Sequence record: MT708547.1
Length of the DNA: 64,000 nt
Reading direction: 5' to 3' (one strand)
Below the pieces are notes generated by a model that did no database searches, was not told the origin of the DNA, and saw only the letters and a program-made list of their open reading frames with translations. A program made the position numbers and the translations under genes. Below, one piece after another: positions 23,627-33,786 of the stretch; the stretch's first letter is position 1, and each line of letters opens with the position of its first letter.

Positions 23627-24104
23627 TGTTAAATGTAATCTAAATGCAGTAGTTTATGCCATTAATTGTGGTGCTGATATTCAGTACTTGCAATTAATGG
23701 ATTTGGATGAAAGAGAAAGATTACTTTTCAATGATAACTGTAAGAAGTTTGGTTTAGAACAACGTATGTTGGACTACACAATAGATCATGAACGTAATCA
23801 TGAATTATGGTGCTATGATCCATTCTATGATAAAATCAACCTCAAAGAGTTCTTTTTGAGTAAATGTGAAACGCCAGAAGCAAGAGAGCGAGTTCTTTAT
23901 GAACTGGAATTGTATGAATTTTACAATATGTCCAAATTACTTCGTTGTATGATTTGGTTGGTTGATTACTTTAAAGAAAATAATATCTTTTGGGGTTTGG
24001 GTCGTGGTAGTTCAGTATCATCTTATTGTTTATTTTTGATTGGATTACATTTGGTGGATTCGTTGAAATACGATTTAGATGTTAATGAATTTTTGAAATA
24101 TTGA
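23586..24104 (+). CDS. DNA polymerase III alpha (DnaE)-like fragment
   Basis: RERVLYELE..., IFWGLGRGSSVSSYCLFLIGLHLVDSLKYDL. Confidence 0.8.
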   Translation: MKVQGNRYISPNGDVKCNLNAVVYAINCGADIQYLQLMDLDERERLLFNDNCKKFGLEQRMLDYTIDHERNHELWCYDPFYDKINLKEFFLSKCETPEARERVLYELELYEFYNMSKLLRCMIWLVDYFKENNIFWGLGRGSSVSSYCLFLIGLHLVDSLKYDLDVNEFLKY

Positions 24105-24168
24105 TTTTTGAACAAAAATCACAAAAATGATATAATAAAGAAAACAATTAATAAAAAGGATTTTTAAA

Positions 24169-24528
24169 ATGGTAAAGCACGTATCTTATCGTGGTAAAGT
24201 TGTTGATATGGAATTACTTAAATCACAAAACCAATATAAAGCTGCAATTGGTAATGCACAACTAAATGCTCGCGGCGATAAAATTGGTCGAGGTGGTACG
24301 GTCATTAAAACGCGTGAACAATTGATGCAAGAACGTGAAGCTGCACTACAGGTTCCTGATTTTATTCCAGTACAGAATTCTTCCAGTACTGAATATTCAA
24401 CTGAATGGGATGATTCACAATTTAATGCATTTCCTGACATTACGGAATCACCACAAGAAGCACCAGCAGAAGTTCAGACGAAAAAAGCTGCACCACGTAG
24501 GACAAAAAAGGGTTCAAGTAATGAGTGA
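24169..24528 (+). CDS. Hypothetical protein
   Basis: 119 aa; promoter at 24108-24136. Confidence 0.7.
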   Translation: MVKHVSYRGKVVDMELLKSQNQYKAAIGNAQLNARGDKIGRGGTVIKTREQLMQEREAALQVPDFIPVQNSSSTEYSTEWDDSQFNAFPDITESPQEAPAEVQTKKAAPRRTKKGSSNE

Positions 24529-24853
24529 TAAAGTATTGAAAGCATGTAGAGGTAAAGTACTCGTAACTGATTTGGAAGTAGGTGAGCGAGTAACAAATGG
24601 TGGTATTGTTTTAACTAATGACAACGGTCGCAGTCGAGGCATTCGTTCCCGATGGGCTAAAGTTTATTCAATTGGTGAAGGTGTAACTGGTATTGAAGAA
24701 GGTCAATGGATTTTAATTGATCATGGTCGATGGAGCCGCACTATTGAAGTTGACGGTATTAAACTAAATCTAGTTGATTATCCAGCTTCAGTGATGTTAG
24801 TGTCAGATGACGACCCACGCCAGCGTTGCACTTCATTTAGTTATTTTTCTTAA
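24521..24853 (+). CDS. groES: GroES-like co-chaperonin
   Basis: KVLV..ERVTNGGIVLT..AKVYSIGEG..GQWILI; start reassigned to ATG 24521. Confidence 0.85.
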   Translation: MSDKVLKACRGKVLVTDLEVGERVTNGGIVLTNDNGRSRGIRSRWAKVYSIGEGVTGIEEGQWILIDHGRWSRTIEVDGIKLNLVDYPASVMLVSDDDPRQRCTSFSYFS

Positions 24854-24861
24854 TATTATTA

Positions 24862-24890
24862 AAAGTCCAGAATATTCTGGACTTTATTTT
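24862..24890 (+). terminator. Terminator hairpin
   Basis: AAAGTCCAGA-ATAT-TCTGGACTTT. Confidence 0.65.
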
Positions 24891-24904
24891 TTAATGAGGA
24901 AAAT

Positions 24905-25174
24905 ATGATAACACCAGAAGGACAATTCAGCTTCAAAGATATTATATTAGTGGCAAAAAATAATAGATTTATGCTGGAAGACAGAAAAAGAAAAAACAAA
25001 GTATATGAAGTACAACATGATACTTTTAAAACTATGTTAGTACTTGCTGCACAAGCAAAGGGGAGAGGATTTACTAAAAAAGTAAATTCATTTGAGTTTT
25101 TATATAACCAATTAGAAGTTACAGAAGATTTATTCACTGCATTAATGTATGATTTTACTGATTGGACTAATTAA
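24905..25174 (+). CDS. Hypothetical protein
   Basis: 89 aa with GAGGA RBS. Confidence 0.65.
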   Translation: MITPEGQFSFKDIILVAKNNRFMLEDRKRKNKVYEVQHDTFKTMLVLAAQAKGRGFTKKVNSFEFLYNQLEVTEDLFTALMYDFTDWTN

Positions 25175-25185
25175 AGGAAAAATAA

Positions 25186-26145
25186 ATGAGTAGTAGTACT
25201 TTATGGACAGAAAAATATCGCCCACTTACTATGGATGATTATGTTTCAAAAAATGACGCCCTTCGTCAAAAGATGGAAGAATGGATCCGTACTGGTGATA
25301 TTCCCCATATTGGTTTTTTTGGTCCAGCAGGAACTGGTAAAACGAGTGCGATTGGTGTTTTACTGAATGGATTGGAACAAAACGGTCACATTGATATGGG
25401 TGATGTGACTATTCTTAATATGAGTTCAGAAGGTATGGATGCTATTCGTGAAAAAATCGAAAGCACAGCACAGTTATCATGTTATGGAAGATACAGGATT
25501 TTTGTTCTCGAAGAGTTTGAAACTACTTCACAGCGTTCACAAGGTTCAATGAAACGTATTATGGAAGATTATCATGAAACTTCTCGTTTCATCATTACCA
25601 GTAATGAACCACATAAAATCCAAAAACCTATCATCTCCCGATTACAAGTAATTAATATCGAAAAACATGATATTGACCAATTCATGACGCGAGTACTCGA
25701 TATCCTTATCAAAGAAGGTGTTGAACTTGATACAGAAGAAAGTATTAATACAGTACAGGAATACATCAAAGCATCATACCCAGATTTTCGTAAAACACTA
25801 AATGTATTGCAACAAAATGTCATTAATGGTAAACTTGTCCACATGGAAGATAGTATTGAATCTTCTGCAACGTACAGAACCGAGATAGTAGAAGCACTGA
25901 AAAACGGTACTATTCGTGCAATGCGTGAAAAAATTGTACAAAGTATTCCAGAAGATGAGATGGATGCATTCTTTTCTTATCTGTACCGCAATGCTGAAAT
26001 GTTCAGTACTGAACCTGTTACTCTGATGAAAATCAAAGTAAAAATTCGTGATGCAGTTGTTAAACAAGCTACTGTATCAGACCGAGAAATGAATCTAAGT
26101 GCTTTACTTTGTGAAATAGATTTGATCTGTTCAGGAAATATGTAA
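25186..26145 (+). CDS. Sliding-clamp loader AAA+ subunit (RFC small / T4 gp44-like)
   Basis: LWTEKYRP, GPAGTGKT, EEFE, RIMED, SRF, ISRLQ, PDFRKTLNVLQ. Confidence 0.92.
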   Translation: MSSSTLWTEKYRPLTMDDYVSKNDALRQKMEEWIRTGDIPHIGFFGPAGTGKTSAIGVLLNGLEQNGHIDMGDVTILNMSSEGMDAIREKIESTAQLSCYGRYRIFVLEEFETTSQRSQGSMKRIMEDYHETSRFIITSNEPHKIQKPIISRLQVINIEKHDIDQFMTRVLDILIKEGVELDTEESINTVQEYIKASYPDFRKTLNVLQQNVINGKLVHMEDSIESSATYRTEIVEALKNGTIRAMREKIVQSIPEDEMDAFFSYLYRNAEMFSTEPVTLMKIKVKIRDAVVKQATVSDREMNLSALLCEIDLICSGNM

Positions 26146-26146
26146 A

Positions 26147-26770
26147 ATGAATAAACAAGATTGTCTTGTATTTGATTGTGATGAAGTTCTTCTTAACCAC
26201 TTAGGGGCTTTTCGCTCCTTTGTTTTTGAACATTACAATATCACACCGAATACTGAATACCCAGTTGAATATGATTTGGGATCGTGGTTTGATGTTTCTA
26301 ACACTGAAATTAACGAAATGATAAAACACTTCAATGAACGTTCTTATCAATTCGGATTACTAGAACCATTACAGAACAATACAGTAGAAGTAATGCATGA
26401 ATTGCGAAGAGAATTCCCTAATAAAAAAATTGTAGTATTAACTAAATCAGGCACTGGTGGTCATGGTGAAGTACTTAGAAAAGTAAATTTAATTAATGTC
26501 TTCGGGTATATATTCGATGACATTATTATAATTGAAATGTATGAATCCAAAAAAGGTGCACTATATCAATTACAACAAAAATATAATGTAAAATTTTTAG
26601 TTGATGATTATATTAAAAATATCAAGGATGCTATGCAATTGGGAATTCGTGGTATTATGCTTAAATCCACATATAATGAAATTTACAGTTCAAGTACTGA
26701 ATTTGATTATGTAAATAACTGGAGTGAGCTTAGATTAAAAATATACGAAATTTTGAACAGTAGTAAATAG
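26147..26770 (+). CDS. HAD-superfamily hydrolase (5'-nucleotidase-like)
   Basis: VFDCDEVL motif I, VLTK motif II, LVDDY motif IV. Confidence 0.75.
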   Translation: MNKQDCLVFDCDEVLLNHLGAFRSFVFEHYNITPNTEYPVEYDLGSWFDVSNTEINEMIKHFNERSYQFGLLEPLQNNTVEVMHELRREFPNKKIVVLTKSGTGGHGEVLRKVNLINVFGYIFDDIIIIEMYESKKGALYQLQQKYNVKFLVDDYIKNIKDAMQLGIRGIMLKSTYNEIYSSSTEFDYVNNWSELRLKIYEILNSSK

Positions 26771-26807
26771 TATATATGATTGTAGATTTATAAAGGAATA
26801 TAAAATT

Positions 26808-27353
26808 ATGCAAAACCCACAATCTACTATACAACAGTTATACGATAATCAGGGAATGTTGGATATTCTTATTGCTATTGAAAAATATTTTGAAGATAAT
26901 GATTTATATGCATATAAAGATATTCAAAGTGGTGAGATAGTTGAAGGCCCAAATATTGAAAAATACTGGGTAGAAATTGTACTGAAATATTATCGTGAAA
27001 ATTTTCCAGATCCTGCTGCATTTAAAATTCTGGAACGTCATGGTACTAAAGTTAAAGTTAAAGGTGATTATGAAATTCGCCCAATTGAACACCCACGTTC
27101 CCGTAGAGATATGGAGCAAGTTCCTGCACAAAATGGTACTGTTTCTATGCCTAAAGAAGAACGAGTACCAGTACTTTTAGTTAGAGTTCAAATTCCACGA
27201 AGTGTTATTAATCCAGAAAGCTTTGATGAATACAAACTAAGTATCGCTGAATTAAATAAATCTCAAATTCAGGATGTATCAGAATTTGAATCTGATGTGG
27301 AACAAGATGCTCCGGTGTCAGATGATGAACAATCAAATGCCGGGGGTATGTAA
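26808..27353 (+). CDS. Hypothetical protein
   Basis: 181 aa with AAGGA RBS. Confidence 0.7.
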   Translation: MQNPQSTIQQLYDNQGMLDILIAIEKYFEDNDLYAYKDIQSGEIVEGPNIEKYWVEIVLKYYRENFPDPAAFKILERHGTKVKVKGDYEIRPIEHPRSRRDMEQVPAQNGTVSMPKEERVPVLLVRVQIPRSVINPESFDEYKLSIAELNKSQIQDVSEFESDVEQDAPVSDDEQSNAGGM

Positions 27354-28030
27354 TGAAAGAACAATTAAATGAACAAGGACTGCGACCAAATATTCTTCAT
27401 GATTTGGTATATCCAATTATTAGTATAGATGAATATGAACCTAAAATTAATCAAGATAATATCGTGGTTATGTTTCAGGTATTGAATAATTATGATGCAG
27501 CATATGATTTATCTTCTTTTATAGAGAAGACAAGCAAAAATGCCATTGATACTGAAGCAGCGGAAACTCCTAATCTTGATGGTCGTTATACTGTATTTGT
27601 CGAGATGCCGAGAAATGTTGAATTTCCAGAAGCATTGTATGATATGATCGTCAATATTCAAAATCTGTGTCCAGATCCGAGTTGGAAATTACAGTTATAT
27701 GGGGTTAATGATCCAATTGATTTGGATGTAAAGGAAATCACCAAACTGATTAATTTGAGTTCACCTGAGAGTATTAAAGAATTTTTAGATGTAGAAGACG
27801 TAAAAATACTAAATGAGGGTGTTTTACAAATTTCAGTACACAATAAGGATTTGTATTATAGTACTGCATCTGCATTTGGTTCGGAAGATTATGTAAAAAA
27901 ACTTCTTTCCGAGAATGTTGATATTGATAACACACCTTTATCTAATTATCTGAGTACTGATTTTACTGTTGTTAGAAGTAATGACAAGTACATTGTTGAA
28001 AAGAATGGGAAATATTTAATACTTAAATAG
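27353..28030 (+). CDS. Hypothetical protein
   Basis: 225 aa, translationally coupled (TAATG). Confidence 0.7.
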   Translation: MKEQLNEQGLRPNILHDLVYPIISIDEYEPKINQDNIVVMFQVLNNYDAAYDLSSFIEKTSKNAIDTEAAETPNLDGRYTVFVEMPRNVEFPEALYDMIVNIQNLCPDPSWKLQLYGVNDPIDLDVKEITKLINLSSPESIKEFLDVEDVKILNEGVLQISVHNKDLYYSTASAFGSEDYVKKLLSENVDIDNTPLSNYLSTDFTVVRSNDKYIVEKNGKYLILK

Positions 28031-28041
28031 GGATTTATTGT

Positions 28042-28857
28042 ATGAGAGTATTGAAATATGTACAAGCATTACACCAGAATACTAAAATTGATGAATTCAA
28101 AAAAGAAAACGTCAAGAAACATGACAACAAAGATATAGCTATTAGGATGTATCTTCGTCGATTTGAGGTTAATAGAATTGGAAAAAACTGGAGTGGTGAA
28201 GTAAGAGAAGATTTGGATACTGATGCAATACTAAAATCATATCTAGCCCGAAAAATTTACATCAACGAAAAGAGAATTTATATAGATCACTATCGTGAAA
28301 TGGAAGAAAAGTTCACCGCTGGGTTATGGAAAATCTGGAGTATTGAACAATTTGGACACGAAGTACCTGAATTGAATGTACCAACTACATTCGAAGAATT
28401 ACATAATATTTTAGTTAACAAAAATATTCATGATAAATTTTCTTTGAAAGATACTATAGATTTAGCATTGACACACAGTATGCTACATGGATACAATGGT
28501 TTCTTCGAAACGTTTGATGAATTCGATTTACTATGTGCACTACCAGGAGAGAAAAGTTGGACTTTGAGTCAAACATTTTCACAAAAAAGCGATAACCGAA
28601 AACTGAGTCCACAACGCTGTATTCAAGTTGCTATTGCTATGTATAAACTGGACTATCTGAATTGTTCAGAACCATATCCACACTTCTGGAAGCAAAAAGC
28701 AATGGAATGTATGAACTATGCTTTGTGTAATATGGAAAAAAGTTATGAAATAAAATTCAGGAACGCAACTGTATACGACAATCCTGAAATTTGTGAGAAC
28801 CCAGACAGATACCCTCCACCAAAACCAATAGCTGAATACATCAAAAAAAGGACGTGA
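28042..28857 (+). CDS. Hypothetical protein
   Basis: 271-aa ORF. Confidence 0.7.
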   Translation: MRVLKYVQALHQNTKIDEFKKENVKKHDNKDIAIRMYLRRFEVNRIGKNWSGEVREDLDTDAILKSYLARKIYINEKRIYIDHYREMEEKFTAGLWKIWSIEQFGHEVPELNVPTTFEELHNILVNKNIHDKFSLKDTIDLALTHSMLHGYNGFFETFDEFDLLCALPGEKSWTLSQTFSQKSDNRKLSPQRCIQVAIAMYKLDYLNCSEPYPHFWKQKAMECMNYALCNMEKSYEIKFRNATVYDNPEICENPDRYPPPKPIAEYIKKRT

Positions 28858-28872
28858 AAACGTCCTTTTTTT
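28843..28872. terminator. Bidirectional terminator
   Basis: A7-GGACG-TGAAAA-CGTCC-T7. Confidence 0.75.
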
Positions 28873-28874
28873 AT

Positions 28875-28903
28875 TTGACAAATCATTTCAAAAGAGTTAT
28901 AGT
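28875..28903 (+). promoter_or_regulatory. Sigma70-like promoter
   Basis: TTGACA-N17-TATAGT. Confidence 0.7.
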
Positions 28904-28941
28904 ACTGAAAATGTTTAATTGAATAGGACGGATAAACCCAA

Positions 28942-30057
28942 ATGAAAGGTAAATTTTTCTTCAAAGAAAAAGGTAAAGAAATCGAAATCCAGGAGTTTGA
29001 TTTCGAATACGTTCTTAATTCTTTGTGTAAAGAATATAATCGCCATTCCAACAAAGAGTATTGCTATACTGTGATTGTTAGTAGAACTTATAATTCTCTT
29101 GGGGAACCAGTTTTTGATGTTCGCACATTAAATTTAAAAGAAATTTATTACGACAATGTTCGTTTGTGTGTATACGATCTCATGATGGACAAAATTGCAT
29201 TTCGCCGTCCAGAAATCAAAAACTTACCAGTTCCTGCATTACAGAAAGAATACCAGGAATGGAAAGAAGGTAAAGTTAAAAAATCGAGTACGCCAGTTGT
29301 TGTCGATATTCCTTTTAAAGAACTAAAACGTACTGAAATCTCCAGTAACGATCATCGTATTCCAGATATTATGTCACAATTTAATGTGGATAGTTCTAAA
29401 GCATTAAAAGTGCTGGATTGGATTGTTAATCTTCCAGTATGTACACAAGAAGTGACAATTAAAGTTCAAAACATCAGTACAAGACAACTGGAACTCAATG
29501 ATGCATTACAACAACACAGTGAATATATTCATAAACTAATGAATAACTTAACATCTGCGTTAGAAACATTATTTCCATTAAAGCCAACATTTACTCAGAA
29601 GTTATTTGGTAAACAACCAGTTATTAAAATAGAACAATCTGATTTAAAAAATGTGATGGATACATTGAAGAAAGCAGTACAGTATGACACCACTAAGTTT
29701 AATGGTATTGATACTATGTTTTCTTCTTTAATTAGTGATATTCGTGCAATGCAAGATGAATTTGGTACAGCAGAAAATGCATGTGATTTTGCTATCAGTA
29801 CATTAGAAGATAACTTTGAATTTGAATTAATGAAAAATCGCATTCTGAAAATGTCGATTACTAATACATCATCAGAAGCTGCACTAATTGGGTTCAATAA
29901 GAAATACAGAATAGATGTGGATCAAATGGTTGATATTCAAACAACAACGATTCCATGGATTATCATGCGTTTGCAGAATCAGGTAGGACAAACTGTTGAT
30001 TCTGAAACAGTTGATATTCTTAAAAATTTGGCATACGGTAAAAAAGATGACAAATAA
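28942..30057 (+). CDS. Coiled-coil protein, possible divergent TelA paralog
   Basis: Helical C-terminal half with KPTFTQKLFGK and TTTIPW. Confidence 0.5.
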   Translation: MKGKFFFKEKGKEIEIQEFDFEYVLNSLCKEYNRHSNKEYCYTVIVSRTYNSLGEPVFDVRTLNLKEIYYDNVRLCVYDLMMDKIAFRRPEIKNLPVPALQKEYQEWKEGKVKKSSTPVVVDIPFKELKRTEISSNDHRIPDIMSQFNVDSSKALKVLDWIVNLPVCTQEVTIKVQNISTRQLELNDALQQHSEYIHKLMNNLTSALETLFPLKPTFTQKLFGKQPVIKIEQSDLKNVMDTLKKAVQYDTTKFNGIDTMFSSLISDIRAMQDEFGTAENACDFAISTLEDNFEFELMKNRILKMSITNTSSEAALIGFNKKYRIDVDQMVDIQTTTIPWIIMRLQNQVGQTVDSETVDILKNLAYGKKDDK

Positions 30058-30149
30058 CGGTTGACACAGTAGCAGAGTGCTGTATAATCTTTTATATCGA
30101 AACAACATACAGCACTTAAAACTTTTAATTCACCGAAGGAAACATTACA

Positions 30150-31277
30150 ATGTCCGAGAAAGAAATTAATCCCACTAAAGCAACCAAGAAAACTAACACT
30201 AAAACGCGTAAAGCTCTAGCTATGGATGATTCTATCCTGGAAACTCCAAAAAAGAATCTACCGTCAAATGTTGCTTTGCGTGATACCAAAGGTACTCAAC
30301 TCGCATTAACTATTGAAAACATCAATAGCATTGGTACTGTAACTGGTACTAAAGTTGCTGCATTAAGCAATGACATTCTAACTAAAGTCAATGCAAGTGA
30401 TACCAGTACTGAATTTGGTAAATCAGTATCCACTATTCTGAATCTTACTCGTTCAGTTGATATTGAATCACTTGTACAGGATAAAAGCCTTATCGGTTGG
30501 TTGCGTTCTAAATTTGTTGATGTTAAACAAAAAGTAGGCGATCAGTACAAAAATAGTAAAGAACAAATTGATGAAATTCTTACAACCATGGAACGCGGTA
30601 TTATCCGCCAGCAAGGTGAGCAGACGTGGCTGGAAAATTCCTATAATGAAAGTAAGAACTATCTCTTTGAATTACGTGATTCACTTGATAATTTGCTTGA
30701 AGTAACTGCTGAACAACAATCTATTCTTGCTGAATACCAGAAAGATGAAAATGTTGATGTATATGTTATTCAAGATCAAAAAGCAATCGTGGATGCATTG
30801 GAACGTCAGGTTGATACCGTCCGTCGACTGATTCTGATGGTGGAAATTAATATTCCACAGATCGCGGCGATGAAGAAAGTGAATCTCAGTACTATCTCAA
30901 AATTCCATGATATGAAAACTATCATGATTCCGAGTTGGACTACTACTCTTAGTCAGAACTTGATCAGTGACCGCCAGAAAAAAGATCAAGAACTTACTGA
31001 ATTGTTGGCTAATGAAACAAACCGTATGTTGCGTGTGGGAAGTGAAATGGTTGGTAAGAATATGATCGCGGCAGCTAAAGCAGCAGGTCGAGGTGTAGTT
31101 GATGTTGAAACTCTTCGTATTGCACAGAAAAACATCGTCGATGGTATGACTCAAGTTATTCATGAAGAGAAGAAACTGAAAGAAGAACGTGCTAATGCTG
31201 CAATTGAAATGAGTAAAATGTCACTTGAGTTAAAAGAAACTCTTCGTGATATTGCAGAGAAATCCGGTAAAATCTAA
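30150..31277 (+). CDS. telA: TelA-like toxic anion resistance protein
   Basis: Long helical protein: SIG..LSNDILTKV..., GWLRSKF, QIDEI, QIAAM, IPSWTTTL. Confidence 0.7.
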   Translation: MSEKEINPTKATKKTNTKTRKALAMDDSILETPKKNLPSNVALRDTKGTQLALTIENINSIGTVTGTKVAALSNDILTKVNASDTSTEFGKSVSTILNLTRSVDIESLVQDKSLIGWLRSKFVDVKQKVGDQYKNSKEQIDEILTTMERGIIRQQGEQTWLENSYNESKNYLFELRDSLDNLLEVTAEQQSILAEYQKDENVDVYVIQDQKAIVDALERQVDTVRRLILMVEINIPQIAAMKKVNLSTISKFHDMKTIMIPSWTTTLSQNLISDRQKKDQELTELLANETNRMLRVGSEMVGKNMIAAAKAAGRGVVDVETLRIAQKNIVDGMTQVIHEEKKLKEERANAAIEMSKMSLELKETLRDIAEKSGKI

Positions 31278-31298
31278 TACACAATCATACTCACAGTT

Positions 31299-31328
31299 AA
31301 AAAGGTTCCACTTCTGGAACCTTTTTTT
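31299..31328. terminator. Terminator hairpin
   Basis: AAAAAGGTTCCA-CTTC-TGGAACCTTTTT. Confidence 0.75.
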
Positions 31329-31345
31329 AATATTGGAGGTTATTA

Positions 31346-32026
31346 ATGACAAAGTTGTTATCACTTGATATTGAATCATTTGGTGTACCTGAACGTTCTG
31401 GGTATAATATCGTAGTACCAAATTATGCGGTTGTGCTTATCCCAGATAATCCCATGCATTTAATTGAATCTTTTTCGTATGTAAAACTACCATTTCAACC
31501 ACAAGTGGAAAATGGATTAAAAGTTGATGCAGGTTCGATGGATTTTTGGTTCAATGAATGTAGGAAGTATTACCCAAATGCACTAAATGAAGTTACAAGT
31601 ACTTTCAATTTAAAAGAACCTGAAGTTTATCAAGTAACAAAATCTTCTAGATTTAAATCCAATGATGTTATTTCTATGTGGAAAGACCTCAGATATAATA
31701 TCTATGGTGAAGAAGAATCGTTGGAAATTTGGGGCAATGGTTGTAACTTTGATTGTAGTATTTTACAAGCAAATCATTTACTTCAATTCAATAAAGGTGA
31801 CTTGTGGAATTATGCTTCACCACAAAACGCCCGTTCTTTAAAACGATTGTTAAGTGCTGAAGAGCGTGAAGAAATGGATGAAATTGTTAAAAAACAGTTA
31901 TTAAAATTCACTGACTTTGCAGCAGGGCATGGTTTTAACGCACTGGAACTGCATCACCCATTATATGATGCAGCACGAGAAGCCATTCAGATTTCTTATT
32001 GCTTGAATAAAAAATCATCAAAATAA
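31346..32026 (+). CDS. DEDDh 3'-5' exonuclease (DexA/Rv2179c-like)
   Basis: LDIES, WGNGCNFDCSIL, HHPLYDA. Confidence 0.8.
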   Translation: MTKLLSLDIESFGVPERSGYNIVVPNYAVVLIPDNPMHLIESFSYVKLPFQPQVENGLKVDAGSMDFWFNECRKYYPNALNEVTSTFNLKEPEVYQVTKSSRFKSNDVISMWKDLRYNIYGEEESLEIWGNGCNFDCSILQANHLLQFNKGDLWNYASPQNARSLKRLLSAEEREEMDEIVKKQLLKFTDFAAGHGFNALELHHPLYDAAREAIQISYCLNKKSSK

Positions 32027-32091
32027 AAGTTGAAAAAATTTTGAATACAGGATATACTAGTTATATCCTTTTTAATTTAAGAGATGATCAA

Positions 32092-33189
32092 ATGTTAAGT
32101 TATGTCATTTTGTTACTACCTGCACTTATTGTTATGTTTGTGATGAAATACATTTATAACAAAGAAATTAGTACTAAAGAATTTTTGATTCATGGGGCTA
32201 TTTGTATTATTAGTGCAACTGTTGTATTGGCACTTTCTTATGCAATAAATTACGCTTCATTGACTGATACCCAGATTTTAAATGGTAAAGTACTAAGTAA
32301 GAACAAACACGTTGAGACTTGTACTCAATATAGCTCGTGTGAGCATTATTATGTAAAAGAAAAATGTCATTATTACACAGATAGTAAAGGAAAACGTCAC
32401 AAAAGTTGTGAAACATATAAAGTGTTTGATTATCCGTATGAAGTTGACTGGTATGTCAATACCAGTGTGGGTGACTTCAAAATTAAACGAGTCAACCGAC
32501 AAGGTACTACAACACCAAATAGATGGTCAGTTGTTAAAATAAATGATTATGCAAGTAATACTTCATATTATATAAATTATCTTCTTTCTGATAAAAATTC
32601 ATTATTCAGTACTGAAAATGATATCAAAAATTACAGCGAAAAATATTTGAATTCTCTACCAGAATATCCTGAAATTTTTGATTATTATCATACTGAACAT
32701 GTAATCAATACAACAAAAGCAGATGTTTCTGGTTTTGATGAATACATTAAAGATGAACTGAAAGATTTGGGATCATCTAAACAAGTAAACATTGAAATAT
32801 TAATTTATGATTACAAAGATGTTGACTTTGTTGATGCAGTATTGTTAAAATGGAAGGGTGGTAAGAAAAATGATGTTATCATGTTCTTTGGTATTGATGA
32901 AAATTCAATTGTAAAATCTTTCGTAAGTACATCTTTCGCCAAAGGAGTTGGTAATGAAGAATTACATTCCAAAATGAGAATTGATGCATTACAAGAGGAA
33001 TTAAATCTTGACTTAATCAAGAAAGAAGTACATAATATCAGTACAAAGTTCGTAAGACAACCAAATGAAAACTTTTCTTATCTAGCAACAAAACTGGAAC
33101 CAAGAAAAGATGTGATGATTTTGGTGTCTATTATATTGTTAATTCTGTCCTATTTCGTTGGACTATACATGAGAGATAATGAAGTATGA
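32092..33189 (+). CDS. Membrane protein, possible TPM-like domain
   Basis: Two N-terminal TMs and one C-terminal TM; WKGGKKNDVIMFFG; start reassigned to ATG 32092. Confidence 0.55.
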   Translation: MLSYVILLLPALIVMFVMKYIYNKEISTKEFLIHGAICIISATVVLALSYAINYASLTDTQILNGKVLSKNKHVETCTQYSSCEHYYVKEKCHYYTDSKGKRHKSCETYKVFDYPYEVDWYVNTSVGDFKIKRVNRQGTTTPNRWSVVKINDYASNTSYYINYLLSDKNSLFSTENDIKNYSEKYLNSLPEYPEIFDYYHTEHVINTTKADVSGFDEYIKDELKDLGSSKQVNIEILIYDYKDVDFVDAVLLKWKGGKKNDVIMFFGIDENSIVKSFVSTSFAKGVGNEELHSKMRIDALQEELNLDLIKKEVHNISTKFVRQPNENFSYLATKLEPRKDVMILVSIILLILSYFVGLYMRDNEV

Positions 33190-33740
33190 ATAAAAATCTA
33201 ATTGCTGTTTGTGCTGGACTGGTTTTAATTTTTTTGTGTGCAGTAGGTTATGTATCGATGTATAGTTCTGCTCATGATACTGCTGTGTCATTTGAAGAGA
33301 ATATTAAAAAGTACTACGATGCTAGTGAATCACAATTGAGTACATATACACTGACTATTCAGGAAAAAGTACAAATTTCCGACAAATATAAAGATGGCCT
33401 GAAAGAAGTAATTGAATCATATTTCAAAGGTCGTGAAGGTGCAGATCAAAACTTTGTAATGTCATATGTTCAACAGCATGTCCCAAATCTTGATCCTAAA
33501 ATGTATCAAGAACTAATGGTGACGATTGATTCAGGGCGAGAGAAGTTTAACAATCTTCAGAAAATGAAAATAGAACAATGTACTGAATATGGTAAATTCA
33601 GAAAAGGATTCTGGAATTCCAAAATTCTGGATAAGGATGTATTCCCAGGTAAAGATATTGAACATTACTGTGCAGTGGTATCCGATACACGTACCAAGAA
33701 TGCAATGAAAACTGGAGTACAAGAAGTTATTAAATTATAA
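33186..33740 (+). CDS. LemA-like membrane-anchored protein
   Basis: N-terminal TM followed by a helical domain (AVSFEENIKKYY..SQLS). Confidence 0.45.
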   Translation: MNKNLIAVCAGLVLIFLCAVGYVSMYSSAHDTAVSFEENIKKYYDASESQLSTYTLTIQEKVQISDKYKDGLKEVIESYFKGREGADQNFVMSYVQQHVPNLDPKMYQELMVTIDSGREKFNNLQKMKIEQCTEYGKFRKGFWNSKILDKDVFPGKDIEHYCAVVSDTRTKNAMKTGVQEVIKL

Positions 33741-33743
33741 TTT

Positions 33744-33770
33744 GAAGGGGAGACGAAAGTCTTCCCTTTT
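33744..33770 (+). terminator. Terminator hairpin
   Basis: GAAGGGGAGAC-GAAA-GTCTTCCCTTTT. Confidence 0.65.
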
Positions 33771-33786
33771 CTTGTTAGGTGAATAT

